Assembly: GCA_013151015.1 (NCBI GenBank) | Contig: JAADJA010000091.1 | Span: 21,891-85,890, forward strand | Length of the DNA: 64,000 nucleotides | Direction: 5' to 3' | Source: Chlorobiota bacterium | GTDB taxonomy: Bacteria; Bacteroidota; Bacteroidia; Bacteroidales; JAADJA01 | In this document: positions 38,201 through 47,573 of the stretch, piece after piece | Numbering within the stretch: the stretch's first letter is position 1 | Layout of the letters: every line of letters begins with the position of its first letter | Notes under the pieces: generated by a model | The model's input: the letters and a program-made list of their open reading frames with translations, nothing else | Database searches by the model: none | Told to the model about the DNA's origin: nothing | Program-made: the position numbers and the translations under genes

Positions 38201-39119
38201 CCCGATCAGGGTGCGTTATGCACGTGAATTCAGGGATTCCCCCTCGGAAATTGGGAATATCCTTATCCCAACACCATCAGGGGAGCAAGTGCCATTGATC
38301 GAATTGGCTGAAATTACCTATCGCCGTGGGCCGCAGATTATCAAAAGTGAAGATACTTTTCTGGATGGTTATGTGATCTTTGACAAAAAACCCGGCTATG
38401 CAGAAGTTGATGTGGTGGAAGATGCGAAGCGCATCATCGAATCCAAGATCGCTTCCGGTGAGTTTGTGGTGCCGCCTGGCGTGAATTATAAATTTACGGG
38501 AAATTACGAAAACCAAATCAGGGCTACCAAGCGGTTGGCAATTGTTGTTCCCCTGTCGCTGCTGGTAATTTTCCTGATCCTTTATTTCCAGTTTGGGAAT
38601 GTGCCCACTACAGGCATGGTTTTTTCAGGGATATTCGTGGCATTCTCGGGAGGGTTCATTATGATTTGGCTTTATGGCCAGGGCTGGTTCCTGAATTTTG
38701 ATGTGGCAGGGATGAATATACACGCACTTTTCCAAATGCACACCATTAACCTTAGTGTGGCCGTCTGGGTCGGGTTTATTGCCCTGTTTGGTGTGGCAAC
38801 GGACGATGGCGTGATCATGGGTACCTATATTATGCAAACCTTTGACAAGGAGAAGCCAAAAACCATAACTGCAATAAGGGATGCCGTCCTTCATGCCGGC
38901 AGCAAAAGGGTAAGGCCTGCAATGATGACAGCGGCAACTACCATTATCGCATTGGTCCCCATACTTACCTCAACAGGAAAAGGATCTGACATAATGGTTC
39001 CTATGGCAATTCCAACTTTTGGTGGAATGATAATACAAGTAATGACCATGTTCATCGTGCCGACATTGTACAGTATGTGGCAGGAAGGAAGATTAAAACG
39101 TCAATTAAAAAGAAATTAA
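35292..39119 (+). CDS. CusA/CzcA-family heavy-metal efflux RND permease (long form)
   Basis: 1275 aa. The N-terminus [35 protein letters not shown] is typical of HME-RND pumps. There are 12+ TM segments and a ~200-aa extra soluble insert around residues 750-830. Confidence 0.9.
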   Translation: [1275 protein letters not shown]

Positions 39120-39120
39120 T

Positions 39121-40368
39121 ATGAAAACGATAGGACTAATAATAGGTGTTCTCTTTGGCCTTTTGATAAGTGGTAACTCTTATGCACAAGAATACTTGGA
39201 CAAATACCTGAAAACAGCGGCAGAAAATAATCCGGGCTTAAAAGCAAAATTTAACGATTACTTATCTGTTGTGGAAAAAGCCCCCCAAATAGGGACGATC
39301 CCGGATCCGGTAGTGGCGTTTGGCTATTTTATTTCACCTGTGGAAACCAGGGTAGGCCCTCAGAATTTTGTAATATCAGCCGCTCAGACATTCCCGTGGT
39401 TTGGGAAACTGAGCACAGCAGAAGATGCCGTTATCGAACTTGCCAATTCAAAGCTCGAAGTGTTTGAAGATGCCAGGTCGAAGTTGTTTTACGATATTAA
39501 ATCTGCCTACTATAATTTATACTTTGTTCAAAAAGGTATAGGGATCACAAGGGAAAACATTGATATTTTGTCAACATTTAGGCAACTTGCTTTAATAAAA
39601 CTTGAATCGGGGAAAGCTTCTGCGGTCGATGAGCTAAGGGTTGAGATGGAGATTGCGGATATAGAAGATCAATTGGCTTATTTGCTCGACAGCAAGTACC
39701 AATTAGAGGTAAAGTTCAACAACTTATTGAATGTGGACAATCAAAGCGAAATTGTACTGCCAACTGTTTTGTTGAACGAAGGCCTTTCCTTTAGCAGGTC
39801 GCAGTTGATGGATAGCATAGCAGCGAACAACCACGGCATAAAGCAAATAGAACACAGGATACTTTCCTGGGAAAACCGGCGGTATTCGGCCAGGAAATCC
39901 GAGGGGCCGAGTTTTTCGATAGGGCTTGATTATATTAATGTTGGGAAAATCGATAATCCTTCCCTTGAACTAAGCCAAAATGGAAAAGATGTTTTCCTTG
40001 CCAAAGTTGGCATCAGTATTCCATTGTACAGCAGAAAGTATGATGGGATGATACAGGAAGCAAGTTTCCAGATTGAGTCGGCAAGTTTCGAGAAGATAGA
40101 TAAGGTAAACCAGCTTAATACACTGTTTGAACTTGGGTACAGGGATTTTAGGGATGGTGAAAGGCGTATAGCCTTGTACATCAAGCAACTACAATTGGCC
40201 AAAAATGCACTTGACATATTGCTGGCCGAATATTCTACTGATGGGCAAAACTTCGAAGAAGTACTGCGCATGGAAAGAAAAGTGCTTAAATACGAGTTGG
40301 AACTCGACAAAGCAAGGGCAGATAACAATGCTGCGGTTGCATTCATTGATTATTTATTAGGTAAGTAA
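39121..40368 (+). CDS. TolC-family outer-membrane efflux protein
   Basis: 415 aa with a signal peptide and two OEP repeats. The start lies 1 nt after the RND stop. Confidence 0.85.
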   Translation: MKTIGLIIGVLFGLLISGNSYAQEYLDKYLKTAAENNPGLKAKFNDYLSVVEKAPQIGTIPDPVVAFGYFISPVETRVGPQNFVISAAQTFPWFGKLSTAEDAVIELANSKLEVFEDARSKLFYDIKSAYYNLYFVQKGIGITRENIDILSTFRQLALIKLESGKASAVDELRVEMEIADIEDQLAYLLDSKYQLEVKFNNLLNVDNQSEIVLPTVLLNEGLSFSRSQLMDSIAANNHGIKQIEHRILSWENRRYSARKSEGPSFSIGLDYINVGKIDNPSLELSQNGKDVFLAKVGISIPLYSRKYDGMIQEASFQIESASFEKIDKVNQLNTLFELGYRDFRDGERRIALYIKQLQLAKNALDILLAEYSTDGQNFEEVLRMERKVLKYELELDKARADNNAAVAFIDYLLGK

Positions 40369-40415
40369 AAGTGTAAATTTTAAAAAGCAATCGCTTTATA
40401 TAAAAACAAAATGAT

Positions 40416-42239
40416 ATGAAAATAAAAATTTCAAAGAAAGACATGGGAAAAGCAGCCGGGATATTAGTCCTGGGCGTTATACTTGGCTGGGTCTTTTTTG
40501 GTGGAAACGGAAACAATGAGAATGCCAAAACTACCGAACAACACGATCACTCAGCAGAATCATCCACGGTTTGGACATGCAGTATGCACCCACAAATTAA
40601 ACAGGACAAACCAGGGAATTGTCCGATTTGCGGCATGGAGCTCATCCCTTTGGAAAGTGAGGAAGGAGACGATGAGGAACTCTCATTGTCGGAGATAAAG
40701 ATGTCAAAATCGGCCATGAAGATTGCTGAAGTGCAAACCACGATAATTGAAAAGAAAGCCCCATACAAAGAGGTTTATTTTCCTGGAACGGTAAAGCCCG
40801 ATGAAAGGAATATTGTTGAACTGACCGCACGTTTTGGGGGCAGGATAGAAAAGCTGTATGTTAATTTTACCGGGCAGAAAGTTAAACAAGGTGAAAAACT
40901 GGCATCCATTTATTCGCCGGATTTGGTTACCGCACAAAAAGAATTGTTCGAAGCGATGAAATTCAAGGAAAACAATTCTGCTTTCTACCGTGCGGCCAGG
41001 GGCAAACTGAAACTTTGGGATTTGTCCGATGAACAAATAGATACCATCGAGGCAAGTGGCGAACCTGTATTCTATTTCGATGTGCAATCGCCCATATCCG
41101 GTACGGTTATGATGCGCCATATAGCCATTGGTGATTATGTTAAGGAAGGCACTCCCTTGTTCAAGGTAATCAACCTCGATCATTTATGGGTTATGTTCGA
41201 GGCTTATGAAAGCGATATCCCCTGGGTTAAAATGGGCGATAAAATCAATTTCACTATCAAGTCCATACCTGCAAAGGTTTTCACAAGTACGGTCACTTTT
41301 ATCGATCCCGTTGTGGATCAACGTAAAAGAGTAGCCTATGTGAGGACAGAGCTTGACAATAGGGGAGGCTTGCTAAAGCCCGGTATGTTTGCACGCGGTA
41401 TATTGAAAACCATGCTCCCCAATGTAAAGGATGCCGTTGTTGTGCCTAAATCAGCTATTTTATGGACGGGTAAACGAGCTATCGTTTATGTGAAAGTCCC
41501 CAATAAAGAAATGGTTTTCGAACACCGTGAGATAGAATTGGGCGAAGATGCGGGCTCATATTATGTAGTGGCGAGTGGTCTTAAAGACGGAGAGGAAGTA
41601 GCGACAAACGGGGTGTTCAAAATTGATGCTGCCTCGCAATTGTTGAGCAAACAAAGTATGATGACGCCTGCCGGTGGAAAATCATCGCTCGGGGGCCATG
41701 CCGGAATGGACATGGGCGGAGAGGACAAAGAAATGGACAAGGAAATGGACATGCCCGTTAAGACGAAAAAAATGAAAGCAGTTGACATAAGCCCTGAATT
41801 TAAAGTGCAATTGGGCAATGTGGTCACTAAATACCTCGAGCTGAAAGATGCCCTGGTAAACGATGATGCAAGTAAGGCCAAAGCTGCTGGGAAAGACATG
41901 AACACGGCCATTGGGAAAGTAAACATGAAACTACTTACCGACAACGACCATCACATGGAATGGATGAATTCATCAAAAATGCTGAAAATGAAGCTTGACA
42001 AAATAAGTGCAGAGGACAATATCGATAAGCAAAGAAAAGTGTTCAGCAAGTTGAGCGATGACCTTACGAACCTGATCCAGGTCTTGGGCGTAAATATGGA
42101 AAATGGGCCACTCTATGTGGAGTATTGCCCAATGGCCGAAGCGTTTTGGTTAAGCCTGGAAAAGGAAATAGAAAACCCTTACTATGGCCAGGATATGTTG
42201 AAATGTGGTGAAGTAAAACAAACCATTCAGGTAAAATAA
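40416..42239 (+). CDS. Efflux RND periplasmic adaptor fused to an N-terminal heavy-metal-binding domain and a C-terminal DUF3347 domain
   Basis: WTCSMHPQIKQDKPGNCPICGMEL is the HMBD. The central part is a barrel-sandwich/beta-barrel adaptor. The C-terminus YVEYCPMA..WLS.EKEIENPYYGQDMLKCGEV is DUF3347-like. Confidence 0.85.
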   Translation: MKIKISKKDMGKAAGILVLGVILGWVFFGGNGNNENAKTTEQHDHSAESSTVWTCSMHPQIKQDKPGNCPICGMELIPLESEEGDDEELSLSEIKMSKSAMKIAEVQTTIIEKKAPYKEVYFPGTVKPDERNIVELTARFGGRIEKLYVNFTGQKVKQGEKLASIYSPDLVTAQKELFEAMKFKENNSAFYRAARGKLKLWDLSDEQIDTIEASGEPVFYFDVQSPISGTVMMRHIAIGDYVKEGTPLFKVINLDHLWVMFEAYESDIPWVKMGDKINFTIKSIPAKVFTSTVTFIDPVVDQRKRVAYVRTELDNRGGLLKPGMFARGILKTMLPNVKDAVVVPKSAILWTGKRAIVYVKVPNKEMVFEHREIELGEDAGSYYVVASGLKDGEEVATNGVFKIDAASQLLSKQSMMTPAGGKSSLGGHAGMDMGGEDKEMDKEMDMPVKTKKMKAVDISPEFKVQLGNVVTKYLELKDALVNDDASKAKAAGKDMNTAIGKVNMKLLTDNDHHMEWMNSSKMLKMKLDKISAEDNIDKQRKVFSKLSDDLTNLIQVLGVNMENGPLYVEYCPMAEAFWLSLEKEIENPYYGQDMLKCGEVKQTIQVK

Positions 42240-42244
42240 AAGTT

Positions 42245-42826
42245 ATGGAAAATTCAATAAAAATCCCCTTGTTTGTGGTTTTGCCCTTACTGGCAATTTT
42301 TTCGACCACTGTTTATGCACAGCACAACCATGGCAACATGGAAGGGGGAATGCACAATATGGAAATGATGCAAGCCCCTCATGGGGGTGAATTAAAAAAA
42401 GCGGGCAAATACCATGTAGAAATGCTTGCCGATTTGTTGCTCAAAAAAAACCAGTTGGCCTTCTATCTTTTTAAAGGTAGTTTAAAACCGGTTTCCCTGA
42501 AAGGGATAACGGGGACAATTGCTTTTGAACAGGATGATGGCACATCACGGGTTGATACCCTGGTATTGCAAGGGGACGCCCGCTTTGTGGCACAATTGAA
42601 GGACAAGAAAGCTTTTAAATGCAAAGTAAGGTTCTTGGTGAAGGGCAAAACTGTTTCAGCGGATTTTTCGCATAAAGGCCTGGAGTCAAGTGTTCTTGGC
42701 AATTACCGTTGCCCAATGCATACGGATGTTGTTGCCAATGAACCTGGAAACTGCCCCAAATGCGGGATGGAACTGGTATTGAAAGAGAAGGAAGGAACAG
42801 GCAATGGCCATCGGCACAATAATTAA
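42245..42826 (+). CDS. Periplasmic His/Met-rich protein with C-terminal heavy-metal-binding domain
   Basis: Signal peptide, QHNHGNMEGGMHNMEMMQAPHGG, and C-terminal YRCPMHTDVVANEPGNCPKCGMEL. Confidence 0.75.
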   Translation: MENSIKIPLFVVLPLLAIFSTTVYAQHNHGNMEGGMHNMEMMQAPHGGELKKAGKYHVEMLADLLLKKNQLAFYLFKGSLKPVSLKGITGTIAFEQDDGTSRVDTLVLQGDARFVAQLKDKKAFKCKVRFLVKGKTVSADFSHKGLESSVLGNYRCPMHTDVVANEPGNCPKCGMELVLKEKEGTGNGHRHNN

Positions 42827-42838
42827 AACCAATATGAT

Positions 42839-43642
42839 ATGAAAACTTTAAAGTTGCTATCATCGATGAAGAACAGTAAAGGACTGATTGTCCATACCAT
42901 TGTAGGGTTGTTGATCGGGTATTTCCTGCTGCACCCCGTTAGCATGGTCATTTATTGGTTTGAGATGAACGATATGGATTTTACCATGGCTAATTTCACC
43001 AGGGTTTTTTACGATAGCATTGCCCATACGTTTAGCCTGCACATGATGCCCATGTCGGTGGCTTTTGCTTGCCTTGGCGCAATCATTGGTTTTGGTTCGG
43101 GCTTATATTATATGTCTATCAAGAAAAAGGACCATGCCTTGTACGGGAAAAGACAGCTTTTGCAGCAAAGTATCCCCATTATGATAGAAGAAGGTGAAAA
43201 TGAATTTGTTGAGTTCAAACCGTCATTAAGGTACGACTACCGGCAAATCAAAACGGATAAAAACCTTGAAGATGTTATCCTAAAGTCTATTGCGGGTTTT
43301 TTAAATGCAAAAGGGGGGACATTATTGATAGGCGTAAATGCCAATGGTGAAATATTGGGCCTTGCAAACGACTATTGGACATTGAAGAAGAAGAACAAAA
43401 ATGGGTTTCAGCAGCGGATAATATTGTTGGTGTCCAATGCTTATGGAAAGGATGTTTGTTCAAAAATACATATTTCTTTTCACCTGATCGGGGACAAGGA
43501 GATATGTACCTTGCTTATCGAACCTTCTAAAGAACCTGTTTATTTTGTCGAACAGAACCGAACGCTTTTCTTTTTGAGGATGGGCAATATTACGAATCCA
43601 CTCACTACAAGTGAAACAGTTAAATACCTACAAACAAATTGA
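42839..43642 (+). CDS. Membrane-anchored AlbA_2 (Schlafen-type putative nucleic-acid-binding) domain protein
   Basis: Two predicted TM helices (GLIVHTIVGLLIGYFLLHPVSMVIYWF; MMPMSVAFACLGAIIGFGSGLYYM). They are followed by EGENEFVEFKPSL...SIAGFLNAKGGTLLIGVNANGEILGL...LRMGN, the AlbA_2 pattern. Confidence 0.7.
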   Translation: MKTLKLLSSMKNSKGLIVHTIVGLLIGYFLLHPVSMVIYWFEMNDMDFTMANFTRVFYDSIAHTFSLHMMPMSVAFACLGAIIGFGSGLYYMSIKKKDHALYGKRQLLQQSIPIMIEEGENEFVEFKPSLRYDYRQIKTDKNLEDVILKSIAGFLNAKGGTLLIGVNANGEILGLANDYWTLKKKNKNGFQQRIILLVSNAYGKDVCSKIHISFHLIGDKEICTLLIEPSKEPVYFVEQNRTLFFLRMGNITNPLTTSETVKYLQTN

Positions 43643-43659
43643 ATTAATAAACAAAAACA

Positions 43660-44175
43660 ATGAAAACGATGAAAACAATGAAGTATTTAGGATTGGCCTC
43701 AATTACCATGATATTGGTATTTGCGGTATCCTGTAAAAAAGACAATGAAGAAACCAGGGACCTTACGGTAAATGTTGTGGGCACTTACAAAGGGACACTT
43801 GCCGAGGACAATCAACCGGGAAGCATTGAAGCAACGGCCGATGTGACAAAAGCCGATTTTAATATTGTGCATATCAGTTGTTACGGGCCGGGGTTCGACA
43901 CCACGTTCCTGATGGAATTATACGAAAACGGCGACAGTATGATGGTTTGCAACACCGGGGCCGATTTCAAAATGCAGTATGGCCACGATCAGATGGAGGA
44001 ACACCACAGCATGATGGGCGATTCCAACTGGCAAGACTGGGGCCACCATATGGGTGAAGAACACGATGGGGGCGATGAGCATTTTGGTGGTTTCGATATG
44101 GACAACCGAAGCTTCGGTTACAGGTTCGTGATCAGCAGTGATTCAACACTTCAATTTAACGGCTTAAAACAATGA
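43660..44175 (+). CDS. His/Met/Asp-rich lipoprotein (putative periplasmic metal binder)
   Basis: Lipobox FAVSC, followed by HDQMEEHHSMMGDSNWQDWGHHMGEEHDGGDEH. Confidence 0.65.
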   Translation: MKTMKTMKYLGLASITMILVFAVSCKKDNEETRDLTVNVVGTYKGTLAEDNQPGSIEATADVTKADFNIVHISCYGPGFDTTFLMELYENGDSMMVCNTGADFKMQYGHDQMEEHHSMMGDSNWQDWGHHMGEEHDGGDEHFGGFDMDNRSFGYRFVISSDSTLQFNGLKQ

Positions 44176-44203
44176 TATTTATAAACACTAAAAAAAAACA
44201 AAC

Positions 44204-44773
44204 ATGAAAACACACACATTAATAGTAATTGTAAGCCTGTTCGTATTTGGTATGGGCAGCATGATGGGACAACACTCCCATGAAAACAACCAGGGCCACA
44301 AGGATGGCATGAATGCCACCGAAACACCTGAGGCCTTTCAAAAACAACTTAAAGAAGTGGTAAACGAATACCTTGTTTTGAAAGATGCCTTTGTCGCATC
44401 CAATGAAGCTGATGCAGAAGCCGCTGCCACCAAGACACTTGCGGCCCTCGACAAAGTTGAAATGGGTTTGCTCAAGGGTGATGCGCACATGGAGTGGATG
44501 GGCCAACTGAAGCTTATCAAAAGCAATCTCAATGGAATTGTCCAGATGAAAGGGATCGAAATGAAGCGCAGCCATTTTACATCCGTGTCGGAAAACCTCT
44601 CTGCGGCCATTGAAAGTTTTGGTGTGGAAAACGAGGAAACCATCTATCTGGCTTATTGCCCCATGGCAAATAACAGGGAAGGGGCATATTGGTTGAGCGG
44701 TGAGAAAGAAATCCGCAATCCGTATTTTGGCGATAAAATGTTGAAATGTGGGTCGGTAAAAAAAGAGTTTTAA
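44204..44773 (+). CDS. DUF3347 domain-containing protein
   Basis: LKEVVNEYLVLKDAFV, HMEWMG and YLAYCPMANNREGAYWLSGEKEIRNPYFGDKMLKCGSV parallel the adaptor C-terminus. Confidence 0.75.
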   Translation: MKTHTLIVIVSLFVFGMGSMMGQHSHENNQGHKDGMNATETPEAFQKQLKEVVNEYLVLKDAFVASNEADAEAAATKTLAALDKVEMGLLKGDAHMEWMGQLKLIKSNLNGIVQMKGIEMKRSHFTSVSENLSAAIESFGVENEETIYLAYCPMANNREGAYWLSGEKEIRNPYFGDKMLKCGSVKKEF

Positions 44774-44845
44774 TCAGTAACCGAGAGAAAAACAAATAGT
44801 TTAGGTGCTTTATGACGATAAGTCAAAAAAAATAATAGCTGATTT

Positions 44846-44885
44846 CCTGTCCACCCGATTTTACCTCTTCATGACGGTGGACAGG
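44846..44885 (+). terminator. Hairpin after the DUF3347 gene (possible terminator/attenuator)
   Basis: CCTGTCCACC-N20-GGTGGACAGG is a 10-bp perfect stem, followed by GCACCTTTTCTT. Confidence 0.5.
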
Positions 44886-44916
44886 GCACCTTTTCTTAAC
44901 CCGAAAAACAACAAGA

Positions 44917-45723
44917 ATGAAAAAAACACAAGTCCTTTTTGCTTTACTGGCCTTGATGATCGTTGTCCAGTCCAGGGCCCAGATCGAGTGGGAGAACTCC
45001 TATGAAGGAACGGTATATCAAACAAAGACAGCCGTAAAGGGAGATATCTATTACTCGATTGACAGCTATAACAACAAATGTGTTTTGTACAATAGCGATC
45101 ATTCCATCTGGAAAACCATTGATATCAATATTCCGGAGGACAACTATATTTATGAAATCAAATATGTTTCCCAACATTTGTTCAATAGCGATGACCTTGT
45201 CGAACTATTGGTTGTTTATTCGGAATATAAATACACAAACGATACGATTGGTTATTATGAATTTACCACGATGATAGTGAATGAAACAGATGGGGAATTG
45301 TTGTCGGTCTTGGGCGGGGCAAATCCATATGTTTTCAATAATGGGGGTTCGTCAAGCAAACTGATGATCTATATATATGATTACTCATTGCAGTTGTATC
45401 CCCTGCAAACACAGGTTTATCATTTGCCCGGGGTTCAGTTGGCCGTTAACGATTTGGAAGATCCGGGTGGTTTCCCCTTGAAGAACCCATTCCCAAACCC
45501 TTCCCGATCGGAAATCACCATTCCTTATAATTTAAGTGCAGGGGAAGAATCAGGGTACTTGGTGATTGCCGATAATACCGGGAAAACTATCGATAAATAC
45601 TTTGTTGGCCAAAAGGAGGATCAGTTGAAAATAAATATAAGTTCCCTTAAATCCGGCATTTACTTGTATTGGATCGAATCACCAAACAGAAAATCGGCAA
45701 CGCGAAAATTCATTGTTGAATAA
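44917..45723 (+). CDS. T9SS type-A C-terminal sorting domain protein, function unknown
   Basis: Signal peptide. The C-terminus NPFPNPSRSEITIPYNL...GIYLYWIESPNRKSATRKFIVE is a T9SS CTD. Confidence 0.75.
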   Translation: MKKTQVLFALLALMIVVQSRAQIEWENSYEGTVYQTKTAVKGDIYYSIDSYNNKCVLYNSDHSIWKTIDINIPEDNYIYEIKYVSQHLFNSDDLVELLVVYSEYKYTNDTIGYYEFTTMIVNETDGELLSVLGGANPYVFNNGGSSSKLMIYIYDYSLQLYPLQTQVYHLPGVQLAVNDLEDPGGFPLKNPFPNPSRSEITIPYNLSAGEESGYLVIADNTGKTIDKYFVGQKEDQLKINISSLKSGIYLYWIESPNRKSATRKFIVE

Positions 45724-45780
45724 AGCCGGTTAAATAATCAGAATATGAATTACCAAATTATCAATTAAACAGAAAATAAC

Positions 45781-47496
45781 ATGAGAACAAAGATTACACT
45801 TATTTTACTTGCCTTTGTGGGTTCTTTAAACGCACAAAACCCTTTATTGATCCCCGGCACGATTTCAGGGACGGAATTTGACCTCACTTTGCAAAATGGC
45901 ACTTACCAGTTTTGGGATGGGGTAAATACAACCACCATGGGCGTGAACGGCCCTATCCTGGGACCTACCCTGATAATGGACAAGGGGGACGAGGTGGATA
46001 TTACGGTCAATAACCAATTGAGCGATACCACTACGATCCACTGGCATGGAATGCACGTTTCAGCAGAGAATGACGGTGGGCCGCACACGGTTATTTTGCC
46101 TGGCGAAACCTGGAACCCGACCTTTGAGGTGATGGACAAGGCAGGGACTTACTGGTACCATCCGCATTTGCACATGAAGACCAATTTGCATGTTTCCATG
46201 GGGATTGCCGGTTTTATAATTGTAAGGGACGATGAAGAAGCTGCCCTGGATTTGCCAAGGACCTATGGTGTGGATGATTTTCCCCTTGCCGTACAGACAA
46301 AGGACTTTGATGAAAACAACCAAATTGTGGGTTCCTCCAATTCGGATGACGTGGTGATGGTGAACGCCACCATTGATGCCAACCTCGATGTTCCCGCCCA
46401 GGTGGTTCGCTTCCGTTTGTTGAATGGGACCTCCCAAAGGGTATTGAACTTTGGATTGTCGGGGAATGCTCCGTTTTATCAAATAGGTTCCGATGGTGGT
46501 TTGCTGAGCAATGCAATCGAGCTTACGCGCCTGGAACTTCCTCCCGGTGCAAGGGCCGAGATATTGATCGATTTCAGCAATATGCAGGGTCAAAATATGC
46601 AATTGATGAGCTATGCCTCTGAATTCCCCAACGGGATTTATGGGGCAACCTATCCGGGGACCATGACTTTCATGGAACTTATCGGGTATAACCCCAATCC
46701 GATAAATGGTGCGGATTTTAACCTGATGCAATTTACTGTGGTGGCACCCAATGGAAACCCGGTCACAACCATCCCTGATGATTTGGTAACGGTCACCCCG
46801 ATTCCCGAAGCTTCGGCAGATACCATAAGGACACTGGAATTTACCCCAGAAGCCATGGGGCCAAATCAATTGAACGGCCTTTTCCTTATCAATGGGGTAA
46901 GCTATGATATGGATGTGATAAATATCACCGTGCCTTTGGACAATATAGAAATCTGGAGCATCTCCAACCAAACGGCCATTGCCCACCCTTTTCATATCCA
47001 CGACGTGCAATTCTTTGTGCTCGACAGGAACGGTGTTGCCCCACCACTAAGCGAACAGGGCAGAAAGGACGATATCCTTGTAAAACCGCAGGAAACGGTT
47101 CGCTTCATCACACAATTCAGTGATTTTGCCAACGACCCTGTCCCATATATGTACCATTGCCATATGTTGGTCCATGAAGATGGCGGGATGATGGGTCAGT
47201 TTGAAGTAGTGGACAACACAATCGGGATAGATGAAAACGCGGGCAATAGCATGGATGTTTCCCTTTATCCAAACCCTGTTTCTGGAATGCAGGCAACATT
47301 GGGCTTTCCTGGAAAAAACACATACTTGTTGTCGTATGAAATCTACAATACATCTGGTGGGCTTGTTGCTTCCAAAACTATTGATAAAAAAATCAATGCA
47401 TTGGATATTGATCTAAAGGGGATGAACCAGGGGATTTATTTCCTGAAGGTTTATACTAAAGATGCGGTTTATTTCAAAAAATTAATCAGGAAATAA
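45781..47496 (+). CDS. Multicopper oxidase carrying a T9SS type-A C-terminal sorting domain
   Basis: Copper-ligand motifs HWHGMH, YWYHPH, HPFHIHDV and HCHMLVHEDGGMM. The C-terminal CTD is VSLYPNPVSGMQATLGF...GIYFLKVYTKDAVYFKKLIRK. Confidence 0.9.
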   Translation: MRTKITLILLAFVGSLNAQNPLLIPGTISGTEFDLTLQNGTYQFWDGVNTTTMGVNGPILGPTLIMDKGDEVDITVNNQLSDTTTIHWHGMHVSAENDGGPHTVILPGETWNPTFEVMDKAGTYWYHPHLHMKTNLHVSMGIAGFIIVRDDEEAALDLPRTYGVDDFPLAVQTKDFDENNQIVGSSNSDDVVMVNATIDANLDVPAQVVRFRLLNGTSQRVLNFGLSGNAPFYQIGSDGGLLSNAIELTRLELPPGARAEILIDFSNMQGQNMQLMSYASEFPNGIYGATYPGTMTFMELIGYNPNPINGADFNLMQFTVVAPNGNPVTTIPDDLVTVTPIPEASADTIRTLEFTPEAMGPNQLNGLFLINGVSYDMDVINITVPLDNIEIWSISNQTAIAHPFHIHDVQFFVLDRNGVAPPLSEQGRKDDILVKPQETVRFITQFSDFANDPVPYMYHCHMLVHEDGGMMGQFEVVDNTIGIDENAGNSMDVSLYPNPVSGMQATLGFPGKNTYLLSYEIYNTSGGLVASKTIDKKINALDIDLKGMNQGIYFLKVYTKDAVYFKKLIRK

Positions 47497-47573
47497 AAGA
47501 GGCCGAACCCGGCCTTGATTATCTGAAAGGGATTAAAACTAACGAACTCACTTAACTCTAAATACTACAAATT

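Noticed and set aside
46060-47010. 316-aa minus-strand ORF inside the multicopper oxidase gene.
   Set aside because: It is fully nested antisense to a CDS with all four copper-binding motifs, and it has no recognisable features of its own.
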